A DNA stretch of 59,489 bases, taken from IMG/VR virus record IMGVR_UViG_3300033562_001863, positions 1 to 59,489 of that record. One strand, 5' to 3'. A model generated the notes under the pieces. The model saw nothing but the letters and a program-made list of their open reading frames with translations. It ran no database searches and was not told where the DNA came from. The DNA is from a virus. Lineage: Duplodnaviria > Caudoviricetes. This document shows, piece by piece, positions 9,729 to 19,305 of this stretch. Numbering within the stretch: position 1 is the first letter of the stretch; each line of letters opens with the position of its first letter. The position numbers and the translations under genes are program-made.

Positions 9729-9757
9729 TTGACAAAGAAAATAGTTTATGATATAAT
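9729..9757 (+). promoter_or_regulatory. sigma70-type promoter
   Basis: TTGACA-N17-TATAAT. Confidence 0.8.
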
Positions 9758-9771
9758 AGAAGGTATAGAAA

Positions 9772-10764
9772 ATGAGAAAACTTGCTTCGATAAAAATAGT
9801 TTCCATAGTTCCTCATAACAACGCAGATAAACTTGAAATAGCAAAAATAGATGGTTGGCAATGTGTAGTTGGAAAGGGCGAGTTCAAAACTGGAGATAGG
9901 GCTGTTTATTTTGAAATCGATAGTATTCTTAATAAAGAAGATGAGAGATTTTCTTTTATGGAAGATAAAAAATATAGGGTAAGAACTATATCTCTTCGTG
10001 GTCAGATTTCTCAAGGTTTGGCCATGCCTATTTCAAAGTTTCCAGAGTTAAAAAGCTATACGATAAATGATGACGTTACAGAAATATTGAAAGTAGAAAA
10101 ATATGATCCTCCCTTACCAGTATGCTTAGGGGGAGAGCATCGATGTTATTTCCCAGGGATAGTTCCAAAAACAGATGAACCAAGAATACAGTTGTTCCCT
10201 AATATATTTGATGATTTCAAAGGAAAAGAAATATATATTTCCGTGAAGTGTGATGGAACCTCTGGCTCCTTTATAAATATAGATGGAGATTATCACGTTT
10301 GTGGAAGGTCTGTTTCCTTCAAAGAAAATGACGATAATACTTTCTGGAAGTTAAGCAAAAAATATAATCTAAAAGAAAAAATGCTTGCTTATGGCAACTA
10401 TGCTATTCAAGGCGAAGTGTGCGGCCCAAAAATACAGAAGAATAGGTTGAATTTAAAAGACCACGAACTGTTTGTATTCAATGTCTATGATATAGATAAT
10501 AAGAGATATTTTGATTTTGACGATTTTATGCATTTTTGTAATAGTTTAGAGCTTAAAACAGTCCCTATTATATTTAGAGGAGAGTTACCTTTTTCAACTA
10601 TAGAAGAAGGGTTGCTATATGCTGATGGGAAATATGAAGGGACTGATAATCTTCGAGAAGGTATTGTAATAAGAGCGACTAAAGGTTTTCATTCAAACGT
10701 AATAGGTGGTAGAAGTTCGTTCAAGATAATTTCTAATAAATATCTTCTTGAAGGCGGGGAATGA
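9772..10764 (+). CDS. ATP-dependent RNA ligase, DRB0094/Rnl5-like
   Basis: N-terminal RKLAS..ADKLE..DGWQCVV..YFEIDS module; KCDGTS, QGE, EGIV, SFK motifs. Confidence 0.85.
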   Translation: MRKLASIKIVSIVPHNNADKLEIAKIDGWQCVVGKGEFKTGDRAVYFEIDSILNKEDERFSFMEDKKYRVRTISLRGQISQGLAMPISKFPELKSYTINDDVTEILKVEKYDPPLPVCLGGEHRCYFPGIVPKTDEPRIQLFPNIFDDFKGKEIYISVKCDGTSGSFINIDGDYHVCGRSVSFKENDDNTFWKLSKKYNLKEKMLAYGNYAIQGEVCGPKIQKNRLNLKDHELFVFNVYDIDNKRYFDFDDFMHFCNSLELKTVPIIFRGELPFSTIEEGLLYADGKYEGTDNLREGIVIRATKGFHSNVIGGRSSFKIISNKYLLEGGE

Positions 10765-11000
10765 AAAAGCCAACAGAACTGCTTATTGAAAACTGTAAAA
10801 TAATAATAAGCAATAAAAACTGTTATCATTGCGGTATTAGATGCACTCGTGATAGTTGCCCGCTTGTCTTCGAAATAAAAAGTATGGACTGTGCTTCTAC
10901 TTTTGGACATTTCAATGATGAAAACAATAAAAAGCCATTAGTTTGGTTCAAAAAATGGTTAAAAAAATACACATCAATACAATATGAGTTTGACTTCTAA
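10761..11000 (+). CDS. Cys-rich small protein ending QYEFDF
   Basis: Paralog of 2431 and 9463. Confidence 0.75.
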   Translation: MKKPTELLIENCKIIISNKNCYHCGIRCTRDSCPLVFEIKSMDCASTFGHFNDENNKKPLVWFKKWLKKYTSIQYEFDF

Positions 11001-11006
11001 AATCAC

Positions 11007-11035
11007 TTTACAAAGTTTTTAGTTAATGGTATGAT
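11007..11035 (+). promoter_or_regulatory. sigma70-type promoter
   Basis: TTTACA-N17-TATGAT. Confidence 0.65.
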
Positions 11036-11053
11036 TATAGCAAGGAGCAAAAT

Positions 11054-12166
11054 GTGCTTAAAATACAAGAGTTCATATCTTCTCATAATGACTGGGAAGC
11101 GCTTCTTAAAGAAAAACCATATGCTATATCTACTACCAAAAAAAATGGTCTTGTTCTATTCTCATATAATATGATAGACAGTGACCCAAAGAATGAAATA
11201 GTAAAAGAAGCAAGAGGGCTTATTCTTGAGGCCATTACTTTCAAGGCTGTTTGTGTTCCTTTCTTTCGATTCTACAATCATACAGAATCATACTGCTCTC
11301 CAATAGATTGGAACACTGCCAAAGTACAAGAGAAAATAGATGGAAGTCTAGAAAAACTTTACTTCTATAATGACAAATGGAATGTAGCAACGAATAATAC
11401 GATAGATGCTTTCGAGTGTAATCTTAATGTTGGTAAATATAACTTCTTTGGCGATTTGTTTGTAGCAGCTATGAGAATGTCTGCTCCTAAAGAGTTCCAG
11501 GATGATTTTTTCCATAACACGGGAGAAGTTCTTAACAAAAACTACACCTATATTTTTGAACTTGTATCGTTGTTTAATAGGATAGTAGTTCCATATGATA
11601 TCCCCGCTATCTATCACATTGGAACAAGAGATAATGTCTCACTCCAAGAAATAAATATTGACCTTGGAGTACAGAAGCCAAAAGAATATAAGTTTTCAAC
11701 AAAAGAAGATTGTTATGCTATGGCTGAAAAACTTCCATTTAGCGAAGAAGGATATGTGGTAGTTGATGCTGAGTGGAATAGGGTGAAAGTAAAGTCCCCT
11801 GCTTATTTGGCGGTTCATCACTTGAGGTCAAACGATGGTTCTGTGTCCCCAAAGAGAGCAGTAGAACTTATTATGACAGGAGAGGATATAGAGTTCCTTT
11901 CTTATTACAAAGAATATACTGAATACTTTGAAGAAATGCGAGCAAAAATAAACAACTATAAAAATGAGCTATTACTTATACAAAAACATTTAAGCGATGC
12001 TTATTATACCAATCGTAAGGAGCTTGCTTTGTGGGCTAAGACAACCATAAACAGTGATTTTGCTTTTGGGTTTGAGGATGGAAAATATAGCAATCCAGAT
12101 GATTACATGAATATTCTTTTCAAATCAAAAGGTTCTGATAGAATAGTGTCCATTCTGGAAGAATGA
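11054..12166 (+). CDS. T4 Rnl1 (RnlA)-like RNA ligase
   Basis: EARGLIL, PFFRFYN, QEKIDGS, FEL, EGYVV, RVKVK motifs. Confidence 0.85.
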   Translation: MLKIQEFISSHNDWEALLKEKPYAISTTKKNGLVLFSYNMIDSDPKNEIVKEARGLILEAITFKAVCVPFFRFYNHTESYCSPIDWNTAKVQEKIDGSLEKLYFYNDKWNVATNNTIDAFECNLNVGKYNFFGDLFVAAMRMSAPKEFQDDFFHNTGEVLNKNYTYIFELVSLFNRIVVPYDIPAIYHIGTRDNVSLQEINIDLGVQKPKEYKFSTKEDCYAMAEKLPFSEEGYVVVDAEWNRVKVKSPAYLAVHHLRSNDGSVSPKRAVELIMTGEDIEFLSYYKEYTEYFEEMRAKINNYKNELLLIQKHLSDAYYTNRKELALWAKTTINSDFAFGFEDGKYSNPDDYMNILFKSKGSDRIVSILEE

Positions 12167-12167
12167 A

Positions 12168-12437
12168 ATGAAACTAAAAACAGGGGACAAAGTAAAATGT
12201 ATTAACGGGTATCTGGGTGGTTGGGGAGGTATGACTGGAACCGTAGTAGATTTAAAAAAAGCAGCCGATTATTCTGATGACCACATACCAATAGATTTTG
12301 GCAAAAAAAGCCCCAAAGGCGAAGGCCATAAACTTGACGGCCTAATAAAAACTGAAACTGGTTGGTGGTTTCCCATCTGCCGCTGTGACTATTATTTACA
12401 AAAAGTGTCTGTAAAGCAGTATGAGTTTAGTTTCTAA
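12168..12437 (+). CDS. small SH3-like protein (GDKV..GW.G..G.V..DF..GH.L..TGWWFP) ending QYEFSF
   Basis: Paralog of 17566, 40306, 41253. Confidence 0.75.
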   Translation: MKLKTGDKVKCINGYLGGWGGMTGTVVDLKKAADYSDDHIPIDFGKKSPKGEGHKLDGLIKTETGWWFPICRCDYYLQKVSVKQYEFSF

Positions 12438-12448
12438 TAGGAGGTTCT

Positions 12449-12922
12449 ATGAAAGATTCCGTTTCTCTTATAGAAAGATTACCCTCCAATATAGTAGAAG
12501 CTTTGAAAAAGGCAGAGCAAAGTAAAAAATGGCATAAAGAAGGTTGTGTTTATAACCATATTTTAGAAGTAGTAGATAGAGCCATGCTGACTGGAGACAA
12601 TGATTTAGTGGTAGCAGCTATATTCCACGATCTTGGCAAACTTGATACCGAGACAAGAACCATAGTAAATGGGGAAGAAGCCATCCATCACTTCGGGCAC
12701 GAGTTTATTTCTCTCCGCTATTTAAGGGAACATTATTCTCTTTACGAAGATTTGATTATAGATTATAATAAAGTAGAGGAAATAGTTCTCAATCATATGA
12801 GAGCGCACTTATATGAAAATGGCACGTTGTCAAAGCCTAAAAAAAGAGAAACTTTCGAGAACCTGAAATATTTTAATGATATAATAGCGTTCTCCAAATG
12901 CGACGATGGAGGAAAACAATAA
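12449..12922 (+). CDS. HD-domain phosphohydrolase
   Basis: WHxEG..H, AAIFHDLGK, HFGHE, NHM. Confidence 0.8.
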   Translation: MKDSVSLIERLPSNIVEALKKAEQSKKWHKEGCVYNHILEVVDRAMLTGDNDLVVAAIFHDLGKLDTETRTIVNGEEAIHHFGHEFISLRYLREHYSLYEDLIIDYNKVEEIVLNHMRAHLYENGTLSKPKKRETFENLKYFNDIIAFSKCDDGGKQ

Positions 12923-13395
12923 TGAGTAAGCTGCTGATGTTATACGGTGTGGCAGGTTCTGGTAAATCAACTTGGGCTAAAAAGTTCTGTCTTGAAAATA
13001 AATATATGAGGATTTGTCCCGACGATATAAGGGAAGAAGTTGGCACTTCTATAAGTGATATGAGCAATGAATATATGGTTTGGATGATAGCGGAAGAACG
13101 ATTAACCCATTGTTTGGCTACCGATATTGATGTTGTTTTTGACGCTACCAATGTGAAGGCAAAAAACAGAAGAATGCCATTATTTATAGCAGGAGAGTTT
13201 GGAGCTGATGTGTCTTTTGCTATATTCTCTTGCGACAAAGAAGAAGCAAAAAGAAGAATACATAAAGATATAAAAGAAAAAGTAAATAGGTCAAATGTCC
13301 CAGACGATGTAGTTGATGCTATGTATAATTCTTATCTTGAAAATATAGAAGAAGCAAAAAAATATAAACACATAATAATAGAAAATGAAAAATGA
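12922..13395 (+). CDS. polynucleotide kinase-like P-loop protein (AAA_33)
   Basis: GVAGSGKST, DDIR, DATN..R, R..VP..V. Confidence 0.85.
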   Translation: MSKLLMLYGVAGSGKSTWAKKFCLENKYMRICPDDIREEVGTSISDMSNEYMVWMIAEERLTHCLATDIDVVFDATNVKAKNRRMPLFIAGEFGADVSFAIFSCDKEEAKRRIHKDIKEKVNRSNVPDDVVDAMYNSYLENIEEAKKYKHIIIENEK

Positions 13396-13658
13396 AACAT
13401 ACGTTCAAAGTAGGAGACGTAGTAGTAGTAAAAAGCCAAGGTTGGGATAAGCCAGAGATAGTTGGGAAAAAAGCAAAAGTATTGAAAGTTTTAAAGGATG
13501 TTTATAGTAGTAACCTTTATTATGGATTAAAGTTCTTTGAGAATATAGACGGCAACGATTGTTATGGAATGACTCGAATAGGATATGGATATTATTTAGG
13601 AACAAGAAAAGAAGATGATTTAGAGCTATATAACAAACAACTGGAGTTTTCGTTTTGA
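13392..13658 (+). CDS. small SH3-like protein ending QLEFSF
   Basis: FKVGDVV; paralog of ORF 1-177. Confidence 0.75.
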   Translation: MKHTFKVGDVVVVKSQGWDKPEIVGKKAKVLKVLKDVYSSNLYYGLKFFENIDGNDCYGMTRIGYGYYLGTRKEDDLELYNKQLEFSF

Positions 13659-14098
13659 AAAAAATAATGTTTGAGGATGCTATATATACTTTGAATAAAA
13701 AGATAAAAAAATATATAGTCAAAAACAAAATACCAGTGAGAGAAATAGATAAAGGATCACCTACTTGGTCTGGATATTGTATAGTAACAAGTAGAGACAA
13801 AGAAATAGTTATCAATAACAAACAAAGTATTTTTATAAAGCCATTTACTACATTACATGAGATAGGACATTTTTTTGATGAAAACTATGCAAATGTATCT
13901 GGCATTGGTGTAATAAAAGATTTTAATCTTGAAAAAACAGCAGACAACTATATATACACTTTCTGTAGAAAAAGATGCTCTATAATAGAACTTTTTTTAT
14001 TGAAAAAAATAATAGAGAACACCTCAAAAATGAGTATAGAGTTTTCTATTTTTGAGAAGCTGTGTATTAGTGTATTGAAAAAAGTTGGAAGAGTTTAG
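13655..14098 (+). CDS. HExxH metallopeptidase-like (ImmA/IrrE-type) protein
   Basis: TLHEIGH ... E..AD. Confidence 0.55.
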   Translation: MKKIMFEDAIYTLNKKIKKYIVKNKIPVREIDKGSPTWSGYCIVTSRDKEIVINNKQSIFIKPFTTLHEIGHFFDENYANVSGIGVIKDFNLEKTADNYIYTFCRKRCSIIELFLLKKIIENTSKMSIEFSIFEKLCISVLKKVGRV

Positions 14099-14114
14099 AA
14101 CTTAATAAAAGTTC

Positions 14115-14143
14115 TTGACGAAGTTTTTACTTCGTGGTATAAT
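14115..14143 (+). promoter_or_regulatory. sigma70-type promoter with palindromic spacer
   Basis: TTGACGAAGTttttACTTCGTggTATAAT. Confidence 0.8.
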
Positions 14144-14359
14144 AATAGCACGGGGAAATAAGTTTCCCTATAAAATGTTTTTTGGTTGTTATTCACTTTA
14201 TAGAAAACAGCTACACTGAAAGGCGCTATACAAAATGGATAGCTCCATTAGTAGAAAGGCCGCTGTGTTAAGTAGGTTCGGTAGGTTTCGTAGAGTAAAA
14301 CCTTATGTAAAGCCACGTTTATTGTATCGGGCATCCTACCAAACTTTATAAGGATAAAT

Positions 14360-14791
14360 ATGAATAAAGAAATAGATGAACTATTTGATAAACTTTATAT
14401 TTATATTTATAAAAAATACTATAATACACCTTGGCCAAAGCCAGATTTCTTTAGTGAAAGAGAAGGTATCGGCATTTTTTTTGATAGGTTCAAAATGGTA
14501 GGTGGTAAAGAAATAAAAATAGATGGAATAAAGGCATTGTTAAAAGAAGATAAAATATTAAGAAAGTTAGCGTATAACACATTTTCATCAAATGCTTTTT
14601 ACGAAATAGAGAGGTGCCCAGCGAGAGATGGGTTCTTTTGTTCTTGTAATAAAATATTTGAAGTAAATAATGAAAGTCTATATTCTGGATTTGGCGGCTC
14701 TTCTTGCGATAGATACTTTAGACAAGCCGTAAGTAAAAAAGTTAAAGCTCTCAAAGCAAAAGATGTTGATCAGCTTGAGTTTGAGTTCTAA
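14360..14791 (+). CDS. hypothetical protein ending QLEFEF
   Basis: ORF; tail motif. Confidence 0.7.
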   Translation: MNKEIDELFDKLYIYIYKKYYNTPWPKPDFFSEREGIGIFFDRFKMVGGKEIKIDGIKALLKEDKILRKLAYNTFSSNAFYEIERCPARDGFFCSCNKIFEVNNESLYSGFGGSSCDRYFRQAVSKKVKALKAKDVDQLEFEF

Positions 14792-14810
14792 TAAGTTAGG
14801 GGATAACTTT

Positions 14811-15083
14811 ATGGCTAGTGATTTTTTTGTGGGTGGTAAAAAAGTAACAATGACGCTGGAAAGTTTCTCCAAGAACCCAGTTAGAAATGACTTACATATC
14901 CCAAAAAAATGTATAATGGAAATGATAGAAAAGTGTAGAAAAGAAGACTTTACAATTATTAAGGATTGCAGCAAATCTGGAAATGACTTTTGCAAGTATT
15001 TATATACCTTTGAATATAGTCCATATGTATGGCCGACAGAATGGTTTTTTGAAACAAAAAAACAGCTTGAGTTTGAGTTCTAA
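14811..15083 (+). CDS. small protein ending QLEFEF
   Basis: ATG 14811 after GGGG RBS. Confidence 0.7.
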   Translation: MASDFFVGGKKVTMTLESFSKNPVRNDLHIPKKCIMEMIEKCRKEDFTIIKDCSKSGNDFCKYLYTFEYSPYVWPTEWFFETKKQLEFEF

Positions 15084-15092
15084 CAAAACTCC

Positions 15093-15121
15093 TTTACAAA
15101 GTTTTTCAATCGTGTTATAAT
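15093..15121 (+). promoter_or_regulatory. sigma70-type promoter
   Basis: TTTACA-N17-TATAAT. Confidence 0.75.
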
Positions 15122-15370
15122 AATAGCACGAAGAAAATAAAATCCCTGAGTATATCAGGGCGTCAGTAGGAACGATACACTTGCCGTTTTGAGTGTTCTC
15201 ATTAGTTAAACAATGCTCCCGCAAAACACTAAAGCGGATATCGTCAGTGTGATAACAGATTTAGCTTATAGTAAAGCATTCCGGTATAGCACCGGAAAAG
15301 AAGTTGGGTCGAACCGCATTCTGTTAAATGTTTCCTCGTATGAGGAACAAACTTTTTCTAGGGGGCAAAT

Positions 15371-15964
15371 ATGGATTTCAAGAAGATGATGGGCGCAGAT
15401 TTCGGCAAGGTAGATGGCAAGTACGGTCTCAGGCTCACGATGCTCGGTATCGGAGTTCTAACCAAGAACGGACAGATTTCTGTCTATGACAAGACGGCCA
15501 AGACCATTACGACCGTTCCCGACGATCTCTCCATTGGAGAGCTTCCCTTCTTCGCTTTCCCTGCTGACAAGATCGAAGTAGGTGATCTTGTCATCCACAA
15601 CGGGCTTATCAAGTCCATCACAGAGATAGATGAAAGTGGCGTAATCGCCATTGACATCCTCGCCCAGCGTGAGGAAATCATCCTCGTTTCCAAGAACTTG
15701 TTCGGCTTCAAGGGCATTTCCAAGGTCATCAGCTTGTTCCCCGCAGATGGCTTCGGCTCCGGTGGTTCTCCCTTCGGTGGAGATCTTACCAAGAACCCGA
15801 TGCTGATGATGGCGCTCATGGGCGACGGCAATCTCTTCGGTGGAGATGGCGACGACAGTCTCATGACAATGCTCATGCTTTCCCAGATGGGTGGTGTAGG
15901 CGGTGGCTTTGGAGACATTGCTAAGAACCCGATGCTGATGATGATGCTTATGAAGGGTCTTTAA
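15371..15964 (+). CDS. hypothetical protein with Met/Gly-rich C-terminal repeats (NPMLMM)
   Basis: Strong C/G-ending codon bias suggests high expression. Confidence 0.75.
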   Translation: MDFKKMMGADFGKVDGKYGLRLTMLGIGVLTKNGQISVYDKTAKTITTVPDDLSIGELPFFAFPADKIEVGDLVIHNGLIKSITEIDESGVIAIDILAQREEIILVSKNLFGFKGISKVISLFPADGFGSGGSPFGGDLTKNPMLMMALMGDGNLFGGDGDDSLMTMLMLSQMGGVGGGFGDIAKNPMLMMMLMKGL

Positions 15965-15974
15965 GGAGGCCGCA

Positions 15975-16394
15975 ATGAGCACAATAAACATCAAAGGCGT
16001 TCGCTTTGAGAAAGGAGCTGGCGCTCGCATCATAAGCGAGGAACAGCTCCGCGAAAGGTCGAGCCTCGCTTCAAGCTCCAAATGGCTTGAAATGATACGC
16101 AAGTACGGTGGTAAGAAACTCAAGGTGTATGGCTACGACCCCGACACCGACAGGGTATGGATGTCCGAAGACCACAGCGATACCTACAAATGGAAGTCGT
16201 TTATGTTGGACGATGTTTTCAAGGCAAATCCTGACAGAGAAAGTGTTCACAAAGAACTACATCGCCCAGTAGTTCAAAATGTTGCCGCCGTAAAACTTGA
16301 TCCGACCACCAACAAGGTGCTGAAGAAAAATAACCGCAGCAAGATTGTCAAGTTCATGCTCCTCATGAGCTTGATGAACAACGAAAAGAAGTAG
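15975..16394 (+). CDS. hypothetical protein
   Basis: AGGAGG RBS; followed by terminator. Confidence 0.7.
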   Translation: MSTINIKGVRFEKGAGARIISEEQLRERSSLASSSKWLEMIRKYGGKKLKVYGYDPDTDRVWMSEDHSDTYKWKSFMLDDVFKANPDRESVHKELHRPVVQNVAAVKLDPTTNKVLKKNNRSKIVKFMLLMSLMNNEKK

Positions 16395-16401
16395 ATTATA
16401 A

Positions 16402-16428
16402 GCGTAGTCCTTCGGGACTACGTTTTTT
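16402..16428 (+). terminator. Rho-independent terminator
   Basis: GCGTAGTCC-TTCG-GGACTACG-T6. Confidence 0.75.
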
Positions 16429-16431
16429 CAA

Positions 16432-16502
16432 GTTCCCTTCGTCTATCGGTAGGACAACACATTCTCAGTGTGTAAAGATTGGTTCGACTCCAGTAGGGAA
16501 TA
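16432..16502 (+). tRNA. tRNA-Glu(CTC) copy 1
   Basis: Cloverleaf; anticodon arm ACACA-TTCTCAG-TGTGT. Confidence 0.85.
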
Positions 16503-16520
16503 ATAAGTCAAGGAGAATCC

Positions 16521-17381
16521 ATGAAACTATTTTGTAATAACTGTGATGGAGTTTACGATAGTTTGGATGTTAGATTTACGAAATCCTGTGACAACAACTG
16601 TGATTTTTGTATAGAAAAACAAGGTATAGATAATCTTGGTATGGCAGAGCCATCTACTCTTATAGAAAGCACAAAAAAAGCAGGAATAAAAAGTGTTCTT
16701 ATTCTGGGTGGAGAACCCTTACTTTTTATTGAAAATGTTTTAGAATATATTAAAGGTATTAGAGATTTTGCTGATACCATATACCTTACAACTTCCCTAC
16801 CTATAACTATAATGAACAATAGAAAATCTGTTGATGAAATAATAAATCTTCTCGATGGAATAAATATTTCTATACAGAGTAGCGATTGGGAAGAGAATAA
16901 CAAAATACTAAAAGCCAGTAGTGAGTACAACAGAATAGAACTTTTAAAAAATCTAAATAAAAAACATTCAGATAAAATAAGGGTTTCTATCAACTTGGTG
17001 CGAGGTGGCATTGACAGCAAAGAAAAACTTTTGAAAACCATTTCAAAGCTTGAATCTTGTGGCTGTAAAAATATCAAGATAAATGAGCTTCAAAATAGTC
17101 CTTCTTTATATGTTTCATTTGAAGACATTATGAAAATAAAAATGAAATCTCCTTACTCTCACGGTTGTTCTACAAAGATAAAAATAGACGGAGTGACTGC
17201 TGGGCTTATTCTAAAAAGAAGTTGTTTCATAGAAGAAGTAAGTAGAGAAGCCACCGTAAGTGATTTTATAAAAGCACTTGTTAAGCATTATGTACATAAC
17301 AAGAAAAATCGTTTTTCTGTTATGTATGAAAACGGAATGGTGACAAAAGGATGGGCAACAAAATGTCAAACAAAAAACTGA
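16521..17381 (+). CDS. radical SAM enzyme
   Basis: CDNNCDFC (CxxxCxxC), GGEP. Confidence 0.9.
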   Translation: MKLFCNNCDGVYDSLDVRFTKSCDNNCDFCIEKQGIDNLGMAEPSTLIESTKKAGIKSVLILGGEPLLFIENVLEYIKGIRDFADTIYLTTSLPITIMNNRKSVDEIINLLDGINISIQSSDWEENNKILKASSEYNRIELLKNLNKKHSDKIRVSINLVRGGIDSKEKLLKTISKLESCGCKNIKINELQNSPSLYVSFEDIMKIKMKSPYSHGCSTKIKIDGVTAGLILKRSCFIEEVSREATVSDFIKALVKHYVHNKKNRFSVMYENGMVTKGWATKCQTKN

Positions 17382-17542
17382 CCGATATAACAAAAAAAAT
17401 CATTTACTTTGAGGAAGAGGAAGAAGCTCCAAAAACAAAAAGTAAAAAAACTTCTGGTGGTCACTGTGGAAGCAGTGGCGGTCACTGTGGAGTTTCTGGA
17501 ACTTCTGGTCACTGTGGAAGTAGTGGCGGTCACTGCGGCTGA
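17363..17542 (+). CDS. small peptide with four GHCG repeats; candidate RiPP precursor or metal-binding peptide
   Basis: Charged leader then SGGHCG-SSGGHCG-VSGTSGHCG-SSGGHCG; overlaps the rSAM stop. Confidence 0.7.
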   Translation: MSNKKLTDITKKIIYFEEEEEAPKTKSKKTSGGHCGSSGGHCGVSGTSGHCGSSGGHCG

Positions 17543-17565
17543 ACCTAAAATACATAGGAAGAAAT

Positions 17566-17862
17566 ATGATACCAAAGATTGGCACTAAAGCAGTATGTAT
17601 AAAAGATTATCACAATGGTGGATGGCTTAACTATACTGGAACTGTGGTAGCTATCAGGGGAAGTTTTACTAAAAATGTTGGTGTTGATTTTGGCGTCAGG
17701 TCAAGGAGTGGTTACGGACATAATCTACTTTGGAACGGAGACTCTGGCGGAGATTTCTTTAAGATAAAAAATGAAACTGGATGGTGGTTTCCTGCTGATA
17801 GATTTAATGAATATTTTAGATTATTAAAAGAACCAAAAGAGCAGTTTGAGTTTGTTTTCTAA
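17566..17862 (+). CDS. small SH3-like protein ending QFEFVF
   Basis: GGW..GTVV..VGVDF..GH.L..TGWWFP family. Confidence 0.75.
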   Translation: MIPKIGTKAVCIKDYHNGGWLNYTGTVVAIRGSFTKNVGVDFGVRSRSGYGHNLLWNGDSGGDFFKIKNETGWWFPADRFNEYFRLLKEPKEQFEFVF

Positions 17863-17868
17863 AAATGC

Positions 17869-17897
17869 TTGACAAAGTTTTTTGTTCGTGTTATAAT
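17869..17897 (+). promoter_or_regulatory. sigma70-type promoter
   Basis: TTGACA-N17-TATAAT. Confidence 0.8.
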
Positions 17898-17900
17898 AAT

Positions 17901-18109
17901 ACCAGAGAGAATGAAATGGCGGAACCCAAAAAAAGAAAATATACTTTTTTGAAATAAAAAAGTTTTTCTATTGGGTAGAAAATGAAAATGCCTGTTTTCA
18001 ATGTCTCTCTCCTGCCCTCTACTGCGTCGGACTGACGAGTAAGAGAAGGCCGATGAAACCATTGTGGAGTAGTTGGCACTGGCCGGTATCATTGATACCG
18101 GCTTTTTTT
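17901..18109 (+). ncRNA. candidate structured sRNA/leader between promoter and terminator
   Basis: No plus-strand ORF; several hairpins; ends in GCCGGTATC-ATT-GATACCGGC-T7. Confidence 0.45.
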
Positions 18110-18146
18110 ATTAAACTTATTGCTTTCTCTAACAAAGGAGAAAAGA

Positions 18147-18350
18147 ATGAACCTATACCTTGCTGAAATAAAATACGAAACAAGCTATTACGAAGGTAAG
18201 ACAGAAGAACTTCAAATGATTAGATTAGTCCGTGCCGATAGTCAGGAAGAAGCCGAAGGTAAGGCTTGGCATTATATTGAAAGTAAAACAGAAGAGTATT
18301 ACAAGTACTACAGAACTCTCTCTGTAGATATATCTTCCACAATAGAATAA
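18147..18350 (+). CDS. hypothetical protein
   Basis: ATG 18147 after AGGAG. Confidence 0.65.
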   Translation: MNLYLAEIKYETSYYEGKTEELQMIRLVRADSQEEAEGKAWHYIESKTEEYYKYYRTLSVDISSTIE

Positions 18351-18360
18351 AGGAAATAAA

Positions 18361-18723
18361 ATGAGTTCATATCTTACAAATAGATTAAGTTTGCTGGCTC
18401 AACTGAAAGCAGAATCTGCTAACTGGGTTGGTTATAACAGTGCTTTGGTAGATAAAGTAGCAAGTACTTTCAAAGACGTAGCCGAAGAAGCAGACGACGC
18501 AAGAAAAGAAAGAAAAATAGTTTTTGTTTGGGTGTTATCTATTTCTTTGGCTCTTATTGTTGGTATTGGTTTTTTAAAGAACGTAATAGACAACGATAAC
18601 TGGAGATTAAAAAAAGAAGCAGAACTTACCGAAACAATCACTAAAAATATATCTACAAAATACACTGAAGTTCATTCTGGGACAATATACCAGAAAGATG
18701 GTGTCTTGTATGTAAAGGAATAA
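18361..18723 (+). CDS. hypothetical single-TM protein
   Basis: Hydrophobic IVFVWVLSISLALIVGIGF. Confidence 0.65.
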   Translation: MSSYLTNRLSLLAQLKAESANWVGYNSALVDKVASTFKDVAEEADDARKERKIVFVWVLSISLALIVGIGFLKNVIDNDNWRLKKEAELTETITKNISTKYTEVHSGTIYQKDGVLYVKE

Positions 18724-18725
18724 AA

Positions 18726-19109
18726 ATGAATAAGTATCTTCTTAAGTTTATAAAGCAAATGAAAAAAGAAACCCTCATTGGCTCTCCTTATAAAGTTAAG
18801 AAGTATGTTTCTAAGTTTTGGGGAAAATATTTTGGAACTGTGTATATCATCACAGATGCTAAACATAAAATCAGAATAGATGTTAGAAGTGAAAAGCAAA
18901 AGGATGAAATCTGGCCGGTTATTTTTATTGATAGACAAGATTGTTTTGATAAACCTGCTAAATGCCCTATCCAGCTTCCTGTTCCAAAAAACGAAAAGGA
19001 GTATGAAAAACTTTTTATGTATATTCAGCTGATACTTATAGATGATTCTTGGTATGATATAAGCAATGAATATCAAACAGAGAAGTGGGTAAAAGGATAT
19101 GGCACCTGA
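18726..19109 (+). CDS. hypothetical protein
   Basis: ORF in tightly packed run. Confidence 0.6.
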   Translation: MNKYLLKFIKQMKKETLIGSPYKVKKYVSKFWGKYFGTVYIITDAKHKIRIDVRSEKQKDEIWPVIFIDRQDCFDKPAKCPIQLPVPKNEKEYEKLFMYIQLILIDDSWYDISNEYQTEKWVKGYGT

Positions 19110-19305
19110 CAACGATATGATTTTAACTGACAGAGAAGTTCAAGCATACAAAACTATTCTGGCAATATCTAGAGATAGTGATGTCAAGAAAGTTTTAACC
19201 AAAAGATTGACTAAGCATTTACTGCAAGTGATGTTCAGGGATGTGTACAGGCAATGTAGAAAAAAGAATATGAGATTTATGAAGGAACAAAAAGATGTGT
19301 CCTAA
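19099..19305 (+). CDS. hypothetical protein
   Basis: Overlapping-coupled ORF. Confidence 0.5.
   Translation: MAPDNDMILTDREVQAYKTILAISRDSDVKKVLTKRLTKHLLQVMFRDVYRQCRKKNMRFMKEQKDVS

Noticed and set aside
18025-18062. Hammerhead ribozyme (CTGACGA...GAAAC)
   Set aside because: No stem II can form between CTGANGA and GAAA; flanks pair in a different register
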